A stretch of DNA of 63,856 bases, the filler included, from Octopus bimaculoides (taxonomy: Eukaryota), in assembly GCF_001194135.2 (NCBI RefSeq). It is 7 parts of 6 records of this genome, joined end to end, with 100 filler letters (N's around TTAATTAATTAA, not from the genome) between each part and the next. Parts side by side here need not be neighbours in the genome. Positions count along the whole stretch, not along the records: positions 52,115 to 62,690 come from NC_068990.1; positions 62,791 to 63,856 come from NC_068989.1; 5 more parts are not named here. One strand, given 5' to 3'. Of the stretch, positions 53,863-63,856 are shown in pieces. The notes under the pieces were generated by a model, which was not told the DNA's origin, did not search any database, and worked only from the letters and a program-made list of their open reading frames with translations. Each line of letters opens with the position of its first letter. The first letter of the stretch is position 1. The position numbers and the translations under genes are program-made.

Positions 53863-54050
53863 AAAGGCATCGAGCTGGCAGAATCGGTCGCACGCTGACC
53901 AAAATGCTTTGTGGCATTTTGTCCGTCTTTACGTTCTGGGTTCAAATTCCACCAAGGTCAGCTTTGCCTTTCATCCTTTCAGGGTCGATTAAATAAGTAC
54001 CAGTCAAGTACTGGGATCAATGTGGTTGACAAACCCCTACCCCTAAAATA
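53863..54050 (+). mobile_element. SINE family A copy
   Basis: AAAGGCATCGAGCTGGCAGAATC...TTCAAATTCCACCAAGGTCAGCTTTGCCTTTCATCC...AAGTACCAG. Confidence 0.8.
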
Positions 54051-54156
54051 TCAGGTGGTGGTGGTTGTGGTGGTGATGGTGGTGATGATGATGATGATGA
54101 TTATTGTTATTATTAATTTATGTTAGTCCTTGTGGCCAATAAAACCAGAATGTATG

Positions 54157-54219
<63 letters not shown>

Positions 54220-54367
54220 GAGTCAGCAATTATCAGCCACTGAAGTAATAGTTCTGAGTCATATCATGCCCCACAGGTGCCATGCTGGGTTATGGGTGGG
54301 ACATACCAAATGTTCCTTTTACTCCTAAAAGGACAGAAAAAGGTACAAAGACAATGAGACTCATAGT

Positions 54368-54667
54368 GACTCCTTAATTTACCCTGAGACTCCTTGGTTT
54401 ACCCTGAGACTCCTTAGTTTACCCTGAGACTCCTTGGTTTACCCTGAGACTCCTTGATTCACCCTGAGACTCCTTGGTTTACCCTAAGACTCCTTGATTC
54501 ACCATGAGACTCCTTGGTTTACCCTGAGACTCCTTGATTCACCCTGAGACTCCTTGGTTTACCTTGAGACTCCTTGGTTTACCCTGAGACTCTTTGGTTT
54601 ACCCCGAGACTCCTTAGTTTACCCTGAGACTCCTTGGTTTACCCTGAGACTCCTTGATTCACCCTGA
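54368..54667. repeat. 20-bp minisatellite, 14 full units plus partials
   Basis: Unit ACCCTGAGACTCCTTGGTTT with variants ending AGTTT or GATTC. No spacers. Confidence 0.97.
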
Positions 54668-55427
54668 TCTATGACATGTCTGAGGATTTGATGTGATTCA
54701 CAAAAGTTTCAGCTTCATTCAAGCCATGACCATCACCACTTATTACTCAGACACAGTGTTTCTAGGAATACGTTATCTAATGTCTGCTTCCTTGTTGTTG
54801 TTGTTTATGCTAATATCTCCTTTCACCAGTCAACTATTATCCTCAAAGACATTTCAGTCTTACCATCTGTTCTCTCTTATTTTGTCATAGCCTGTCTAGG
54901 ATTACATCACTCAATGTGTCTTTCTGCTATTTCTAACAACTAGAGTGACTACTTGAAGTGGTCACTGTATTGGTCAATAATATTTTAGATCCTGACAAAC
55001 ACCCACATCTATGCCAGTCATTATCTCCCTGATTGCCAATTTGTGGCTCTTATCATCTGTTATTGCATACCTAATAATTATCCACCAGTGGTTACTTTGT
55101 AATTAACTTTATTAGGTATGTAACTAGGTTAGTACAATATAATTAGGCCATAAGTTGTATGTCTCCCTGTATTTTAAATTAGGTCATCCGCTGTCTTTTG
55201 GAGAGTTTAATGAAGACATCTTAGATCAATCTGAGACACTCTGGCATTTCAATCTTCCAATGCTGTTGTTTATGATTTCAGACTGGGGAGAAGTTTGTCA
55301 GAGGTAGCCATGGAAGGAGGTTCAGCAAATGAATGAACAAGAATTTCTTTATACTATCTTCAATTACACCACTTCCCTTTAAACCAAATACTCTATAATT
55401 ATGGGTGTGTTTATGCGTACATGAGCG

Positions 55428-55466
<39 letters not shown>

Positions 55467-55894
55467 ATGTGTGTGTGCTAGAGAGTACAGAAAATATCTG
55501 GAGTTATTTGTTAACTCTAGTTTGTGGAGGTTTATATTGCAATGTTTGTATTAAGTGTATATTACATAAACTGAAAAGAATGTCTGGCTCCAAATTATAT
55601 ATGTTACATGCAGACACACACACACAGATTCATTCACACACACACACACAGATTCATTCACACACACACACACAATTCATGTATAGGTAGATGACACGTG
55701 TTTCCCACTTTTCCATGCTTGCATCAGTGAGAAGGAAGAGTTGGAACAGATTTCCACAGCTGGATGCCCTTCCTGTTGCTAACTCTTATCTGTTTCCAAG
55801 TAGGGTAATATTTTCCTGTTTCTGGACAGGATTTTTACAGAAGTTTGGAAATGAACGACACTGCTTGTAAGACTGTGATACTCATTTACAGCTT

Positions 55895-55927
<33 letters not shown>

Positions 55928-56139
55928 ATTCCATGCTGCACGGAATTTTGTCAGTGAACAGGTCAAGGTCTCAAAGCAACGAAAATATTTTGGCAAATTA
56001 AATTTAAATGTTGAAGTGAATCTAACGGTTTTTGTGTGTTTTTAAATGGCTTATAAGCCCCTTCCACACTGCAATTGTTTTTGTTCCAGCACATGATCTC
56101 AGATCAGGTCACTTGCTATGCAAGTACATCCCCATAATA

Positions 56140-56213
<74 letters not shown>

Positions 56214-56664
56214 ACACTTATATATATATCAAGTATAATTATTACACCAGCTTGCTGAAATGTATGTGTTCTATAAAGCAGTAAATACCAAAACCTGTTT
56301 GCTGTATGTTATTATCATCATGATATATATACAATGGGTTTCTTTTGGTTTCTGTCTACGGAATTTACTTCCAAGTATTTGGTCAGCCTGGGGCTATACT
56401 AGAAAATACTTGCCCAGGGCACCATGTAGTGCAACTTTGCTCAAAGCTGTGTGGTTGGAAAGCAATCTTCTCGAGCGCATGGCCTCGCCTGTGCCTATGC
56501 GTCAGTCTATTAACAGCTGTGCCAATACAATTCAAATGTATACTTATAGCAGAATGTATTAAAATATAATACAATACAACATTATGTTGTATAATTTGTT
56601 TTTAACAGCAGACCTTGAAGTAGATAGATAATGTTCTTATGTCTCTCAAATTTTCTCAATTCAT

Positions 56665-56665
56665 T

Positions 56666-56698
<33 letters not shown>

Positions 56699-57050
56699 GT
56701 TTAATGTCTGTTTTCCATGCTGGCATGGGTTGGATGATTTGAGTGAGGACTGGCATGCCAGGAGGCTGCACCAGGCTCCAGTCTGACCTGGCAATGTTTC
56801 TACAGCTGAATGCCCTTCCTAATGCCAACCACTCCGAGTGTGTAGTGGGTGCTTTATACGTGCTACTGGCACAGGAGCCAGTTAGGCTGGCCTGGCATCG
56901 ATCACATTTGGATATTGCTTCTTATGTACCACTGGGAGCCAGACTGGTAGCCAGTCAGGGGGTACTGGCATCAGCCACATTCGGATGGTGCTTCTTACGT
57001 GCCACTAGCAGAGGAGCCAGTCAGTGGGTATTGGCATCTCAAGTCTTATG
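56665..57050 (-). mobile_element. Repeat family C copy (CpG-decayed)
   Basis: Aligns with 11978-12229, e.g. TTTAATGTCTGTTTTCCATGCTGGCATGGGTTGGATG vs TTTAACGTCCGCTTTCCATGCTAGCATGGGTTGGACG. Confidence 0.8.
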
Positions 57051-58249
57051 ACATAAACGTTGTATAATATAATATAATGTAACGATACATTAGCCTTGAT
57101 TTGCTTTGAATTCTGTTCTATTGCTAATGACCAAGATGACACCATTCTCCCTGAACAGGATCCCAGTCCATTGGAAGGTCACTCAGTTGTACAGTTTCTG
57201 CTACCTTTCAGACTTGGATGGTTTGCAAACACCTTGTCAAAAAGCTAAACCACATCTACATGAACTGCCTAAGCTAGGTTGTATCAATACAACCTCGCTT
57301 AGTAGTGAATGTAGCCATAGTTAATGTAGCAATAATGTTGTAAGAGTTAATGCATCAGTTGTTAGTGTTGTAATATTTGGTGTTGCAATTCTTAATGTTA
57401 TAGTTGAAGTGGAGGGAGTAATTATTCATGCAGCAATATAACGATGTGTCGATAATTAATATGACATTAGTTCCTCATCATTTAACATCCACTCATCTGT
57501 GTCTGCACCGGTTACAGGCAATTTATTGAGGCAGACTTACCTCAGCCGGATGCTCCCTGTCACAAGTCCTTACTTACTTCCATGTCAGGTGGTATTTCCC
57601 CTTCAGCGGACAAGTTTTTCCCAGAAGACTGGAAATAAACAACCATGAGAATAATGATTGTTTACAGCCATCACATGATGTCTAGATAAGGTCACACATG
57701 CATGTACACACACACACACACACGTGTGTGTGTGTGATCCACTCACTGGGGCTACAGTAGAAGACTCTTGCCCAAAGTGTCTCGCTGTGGGACTGAACCC
57801 AAGATTGCATGATTATGAAGCAAGTTTCTCTACCACACAGCACCTAATGTAGCTATATAATTAATGTAAAAGAGTTAATTCTATAATAATTAACCCATTT
57901 ATTACCAAATTTCTCTTGAAATACATTCCATCTATTTCAATTAATTTTAAAAATAACAAAGTATTTAGTTAAACGACTATCATAATTAAATTGGTGTTTG
58001 GAATATAAAATAGCGCAGAATTTTCAGGGAAAATTTTAATCTGCATCTCTTTAAAACAGCAATTTGGTATCATAGAACCAGTGCAGTCTTAGAAGCAGGG
58101 TTTGGTTTGAAAAAGGATTAATGTAGTAGTAGTAGTAGTTAATGTTGAAATGGTTAATATTCTGTTATTCTATTAACGGTTTCAGCCAGAGCTTATTGGC
58201 CATCTGGACCTGCCATTAGCATTAATGCTTACTGTTTTTTAAGACTCAT

Positions 58250-58500
58250 TTCCTGGTTCTGTCTCTGGAGTCAGTTCCAGTGAAGAAGGGAAGTGGACAA
58301 GCTGACCTTCTTTGCATTTCTTGCCATGGTGTGGCTTCATCTAGGATATTGGATAAACATTTGTCTAATTGTACTCTCTTCCCATTCACTTCGATTCTTT
58401 GTAGCTCACAGAGGCCTTTTGGCAAGGTACTGAAAAGTTGTGGGCCTTTGAACCCAAAGCTGTTGCAGTATTGGGTCCTTACACAAGATGGAGGGGACAG
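58250..58500 (-). mobile_element. CR1/L2-group LINE 3' coding remnant
   Basis: YCNSFGFKGPQLFSTLPKGL...VQLDKCLSNILDE resembles the NSF...GP.LFN.LP..LR....FK..LD.FL..VPDEP C-terminus of CR1-group LINEs. Confidence 0.65.
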
Positions 58501-58544
58501 GAATTTTGGTAACATGGGAAAGTTGTCCAGTCTGATGATTGGTA

Positions 58545-58690
58545 TGAGGTGTGATCAATAAGTATCTGGATTGTTGCCATAGTAACGAAGCTAAAGCATG
58601 CAGAGTGAAGCTACTTGGCAAAGATTGACCTTAAATTCTGCTGTGCATGCGCTCGAAGTTTTAACGTTCTAGCTCACGTCTGCTGTTTAC
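58545..58690 (+). mobile_element. Mariner-like 5' terminus
   Basis: TATGAGGTGTGATCAATAAGTATCTGGA resembles a TA-flanked mariner TIR (TACGAGG...AAAAGT..CCG). No coding part seen. Confidence 0.4.
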
Positions 58691-59119
58691 AGCAGTGCTT
58701 GGAAGGAAGGTGTACTCTGTTTCAATCATTGTACTCTGGCCATACTGGGGCACCATCTTGGAGGGTTTTAATTTCTAAGTCTGTTACTTTTTTTATTGGT
58801 CTCTTTTACCAAACCGTTAAATTACAGGCGCACAAACAAACCAACACTGGTTAAGTGGTGGGGGAGGCAAAGACATACACACATTCATCCCCCCCACACA
58901 CAGATGGCAGGCTTCCACACAGTTTCCATCTGCCAGATTCATTCATAAGATATTGGTCGACCTAGAGCTATAATAGAAAGCACTTCCCCAAGGTGGTGTG
59001 CAGTGGGATTGAACCCCAAACCATCTGGTTGCAAAGCAAACTTCTTACCCATTCTCTCATGCTTTCACCTATATCTACATTTTCTTAAAGTATGCATGTT
59101 TTTTGCTGAATAAATGCTT

Positions 59120-59290
59120 ATTTCCATCTGTCTTTGCGTTCTGAGTTCAAATTCTGCTGAAGTTGACTTTGCCTTTCATCCTTTTGGGGTTGATAAATTA
59201 AGTACCAGTGAGACACTGGGGTCAATCTAATTGACTGGCCCCCTCCCCCAAAAATTTTCAGGTCTTCTGTCTAGAGTAGAAATGAATATA
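59120..59290 (+). mobile_element. SINE family A copy (CpG-decayed)
   Basis: TTCTGAGTTCAAATTCTGCTGAAGTTGACTTTGCCTTTCATCC...AAGTACCAG. Confidence 0.8.
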
Positions 59291-60321
59291 TGCTTATTGC
59301 TAGAATCCACATATACACACTCCTACACACATACACATACACATGATGATAAGGTAATATAGTCCTTTTACGTATATTCTCACTTACAGGCACACACACA
59401 CACACACACACACACACTGACAGACATATACACTCACACACGCGCGAGCGCGTGCACGTGTGTGTGATCCAAGGCCGATAGAATTTCTTAAATACACCAA
59501 AGCAACTAAGACATTCTGATAGAGGCAGAGGCGCTGCCGAACATATATTTACAAGGTTCTTGGTGTAAACATTTGTCCTTTACTGCAAACTTGATAGCAG
59601 AGTGGTGTAAGATATATTTGGTAAAGCTGATCTGGTGACAAGTCAACTAGGTCACTAGGTCAACTGGCAGTGAAGTGATATAGAAGAAGAAATCATGTCA
59701 CCTCAGGTTTAACACTCTCTCTGTTGTCAAACTGTTTTGTAACAGGGGAAGGGCGAAAGAACATTGATTTGGGATCCGAGTTGAACAATTTGCAGGTTTT
59801 GTTTGCTCTTTGCATGTAAGGCAGTTTATTGCTGACGTAAATAGTTTGTAATAGTTAAAGTTATTTACTGAATGTGGCAATACTCAATCTAGCAAGAAGG
59901 AAGACAGAAATAGTTAATGTGGTAGTATTTGATACAGAATGGTTAATGTAGCAATAGTAAATGTAGGAATATTTAATGTAGGAATAGTTTATTTGGTTAT
60001 GGTTAATGTTGAAATAATTAATACAGCAAAAGTGAATGTGGTAATAGTTAATTGTGTAATAATTCATGTAGTAATAGTTAATGTAGCAAACATTAATGTT
60101 ATGATAGCTAATAAGGTAATAGTTAGTGTAGCAGTTGTTAATGTTGTAATAATTAATGAAGGAGTAGGTGATTGTATAATTAGTTAATGTTGTAATAATT
60201 ACAACCTTAATTACTGTCGTTCTATTTCATCCGAGTGGGTGGGGTGGGGGTGGGGGTATTTACTGTTTCATTCAGTGTCTCATTTGTAAAAGTGAATTTC
60301 TATATATATTGTTGTCTGTTG

Positions 60322-60360
<39 letters not shown>

Positions 60361-60528
60361 ACACACATGCACACACACGCACGCACGTGTGTGTTTGTCG
60401 TGGAATGTTTAGCTTTTGTCTGTCCCAAGGAAGAATTAGTGCTGACACAGATTCTAGATTTTACTCCATGATATCAATGAACTCTTTACCGACTGACACG
60501 ATTAGGAAGTGATCCTCACTTGATATGA

Positions 60529-60568
<40 letters not shown>

Positions 60569-62975
60569 ATGTTAAAAGTAAATAGACACCCTTGCCTAGT
60601 CTTGTTAATGTCTTCTGTCCAAGGCATGTCTGTTAAATGCTAGATTAAATGTTTTTAAATGCATCAAATGACATTATTTGGTTTCTAGAAATAAACCTTT
60701 CAAAAAAAGATGGTGTCTGTTTATTTTGGAGAGTTCTGGAGGTATATGTATATGTGTGTGTGTGTTGCGATAGTTAATGTAGGAGGAGGTGATTAGGTGA
60801 TTGAGTAATAGCTAATGTAATAATTACAATCTTTAACTATAACCACATTAATCAAGCAGAGTCAGTCAGGTGCCATGTTGTATTCTGTTCCACAAGATTG
60901 TTGTCCACCATTTTGTACTTTGTGGGTTCTTCATGGAATGAAGTCAGAATGACCTGACATTTCAACTGAAGCTGTCTGTGGGAGTGTTGTGAACAAAAAC
61001 ACATAACTAGAGTATTTATTGACTTAGAATTTGTAAACTATAAAAGATGTTTGTTTAGTTCTTTGTAAAAACGATATTCAAGACTTAATTTTTGAAGTTC
61101 TCATCCTTCTTTCATCGAGTAATCACAGCCTCTGTTTACAAGGTCTCATCTGAGCATCGGAATAATGGTGCAATGTGAGTTTATATTAAGAAATAAATGC
61201 TGGCATGGCTGTGTAGGTAAGAGGCTCACTTCTCAACCATGTGATCTTGGTTTCAGTCTCACTGCGTAGCACCTTAGCCAAGTGTATTCTGCTACAGCCC
61301 TGGGCTAACTAAAGCCTTGTGAGTAGGTTTGTCAGATGGAATTCTGACTGTTTGTATTGTCTCAAGGTTAAAACATGGTAGTTAAGGATGCAGTTGATTG
61401 GCTTGCTCTTGGAGGTGTATGTATTGGTGCAGGCATGGCTGTGAAGTGAAGGAATTTGCTTCCAGGCTGTGTGGAGCTAATATCAGTCCCACTGTGTGGT
61501 GCCTTGAACGAGAGCCTTTTGATATAACCTCAGGCCAACAAAAGCCTTGTGGGTAGATTGTGTGTAAGTGTGTGCGCACATGTGTGTGTGTGTGTCTGTG
61601 TGTGTGTGTGTGTGTCTGTGTGTGTGTGTGTCTGTGTTAGTCCCCACAACATCGTCTGACAACTGATGTTGATGTGTTTATGTAAATGGTGTATATATAA
61701 TCTTGTAGATTTATAGAATACATACATAAATGTGTGTATATTATTTAAGGAATATATATTTTCGTAAGCAGACATATAAATACGAATCTTATTGTTTAAT
61801 CAAATATTATTCTTTGATTTTGTCCAAGATCAATAGTGAAATGCATCACCCACCCCCTCCCACCTTACTACTTAGGAAGGGGTACCAAACACAGCCCCAT
61901 CTTACCATTGGAAACTCAGTAATTCCAGACAAAGTTGACCTTGATGGGATTTGAAACCAGAATACTGAGTTGTGAAACTGAATCTGATAATATATTTCAT
62001 CTGGAATTCCACCGTTTCTGCTCGGTTACCATTTTCGTGATATTAATATAGCAACACATCACAGAACTTTAGAGTTGTAGAAAAAAGAAAGAAATCTGGC
62101 GGGGGGAAACTCCTACCGACTGTTTCATTTGCAGAACAGCCCATCTCCCATGCTGGCATCGGTACCTTATCAAAATATTGTCTTCAATGCATTAATACCT
62201 GAATTTATTGGCTGAGGAAGAATTTCAGCTGCTTTTAATTAAGGTGATGGTGGTGCAGAGTGTGGAAGCCACATCAACAGCTTCAGACATTTTATCAAGA
62301 AAATAATATCTTTTCAGGGAGATGAGATCTTTGAAGAATTCAGCAGAGAAAGAGAGATGGGGGGGGGGGAGAGAGAAAGACTCATTGCACACATACAAGT
62401 GTATTAATTTAGAAAGAACAGCATGAAGAAGTTTGTTGTAATATATGTCAACTGTACGATTAAATTACGAGCGAAGGGCAACAGTATTTTGCTTTACGTA
62501 TGTGTGTAACTTCACTAACTTGGCTTTTATAAATGTCAGTTTAACTTCATACAATAATTTCATAATTAACACACACACACGCACACACGCACACACACAC
62601 ACACACGTGCGCACACATATATATACATGTGTAATTATATATATATATATATGTATATCAATCTATCTATCTGTTGTTTGTCTGTCTATANNNNNNNNNN
62701 NNNNNNNNNNNNNNNNNNNNNNNNNNNNNNNNNNTTAATTAATTAANNNNNNNNNNNNNNNNNNNNNNNNNNNNNNNNNNNNNNNNNNNNATATACACAC
62801 TATGTCTCTCACTATATATATGTGTGTGTGGTGTATGTGTATGTGTGTGATACATATATATATATTTATATTTATATATGCATTAAATATACACACTATG
62901 TCTCTCACTATATATATGTGTGTGTGGTGTATGTGTATGTGTGTGATACATATATATATGTTACACATACACATT

Positions 62976-63011
<36 letters not shown>

Positions 63012-63538
63012 TTATATCTTATATAAGTATAGAGACAGGCAGATATAATACATACGTATATATATGTGTGTGCATGTATACATACATATTTATATATGCA
63101 TATATCTATTTATATACGCATGTATAATCGGATATAAATATTTATGTATATATACATATATCTATGTATGTATACTTATACATATTGATACGTATATATA
63201 AATATATGTATATATATATATATGTGTGTATGTGCGTATGTGTGTGTTTATGTANNNNNNNNNNACATATATATGCATATACTCATATATTGTTTATATA
63301 TATATATATACGTATGTATGTATGTAGAGTCGATTTTTTCTCCCCGTCAAGTGTTTTCATTATCCACACCCGTTTATCTATCTATATTTTTACTACCACT
63401 CTTTCATCCGACATTATGTGTGTGTCTGTGTGTCTTTGTGTATGTGTGCGTGTATATATGTATGTACCATCTTAACCCTAAGTCTTTCCATTTGTTGATT
63501 CCTTACTGTTTCCATCTCCTTTATTTCTCTCACCCCCA

Positions 63539-63571
<33 letters not shown>

Positions 63572-63856
63572 CCTGCCCGTCTCTCTTTCTCTCTCCCTCT
63601 CTCCTTATCTATTTTCTCTCACCCTCTCCATTCCATAAACCTCTTACCAAACAAACCCTCACATCTATTGGCTAATGTCTTAGTCTCCATTCTGAAACTG
63701 TCCAGGCGATGGATGAGATTCTGGGGAGAACTCTAATTAGACGTACTGGCGTCGCTAAGACAACCCCCACAGCCCTACCCCCACCAGCCCAGCAAGGAAG
63801 GCACCGAGCCTCGCACCACAACACATGAAACTCCACCACCACCACCACCACCACCA

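Noticed and set aside
54368-54667. CRISPR-like appearance of the regular repeat
   Set aside because: The units are contiguous with no unique spacers, there are no cas genes, and the context is eukaryotic.

Overview
This is an AT-rich, microsatellite- and SINE-dense animal genomic window with many assembly gaps. The repeat landscape suggests a coleoid cephalopod such as Octopus (inference). The only securely identifiable gene is Suppressor of fused (Sufu) on the minus strand. Four internal coding exons (11756-11893, 7282-7418, 6269-6420, 4362-4447) splice in frame and match human SUFU exons 2-5. Exon 1 and the exons after exon 5 were not found. The rest is mainly transposon debris: R4/Dong-type, Tx1/L1-type, CR1-type and Penelope retroelements, mariner remnants, several MITEs and tRNA-derived SINEs. 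The most unusual observations are four. (1) A repeat family built as tRNA-like head + (AAT)n + minimal hammerhead-ribozyme-like motif, with the same ribozyme-like topology in unrelated Penelope-type repeats. (2) A MITE with GGATC-starting TIRs and an 8-bp TSD (Merlin-like) that carries an inverted telomeric junction. (3) An octamer+CCAAT inverted repeat near the probable Sufu 5' end. (4) A CpG-poor / CpG-rich / CpG-poor domain structure visible in paralogous SINE copies. Almost all ORFs in the supplied track are microsatellite or gap artefacts. Repeat boundaries are approximate unless a TIR or TSD is quoted.
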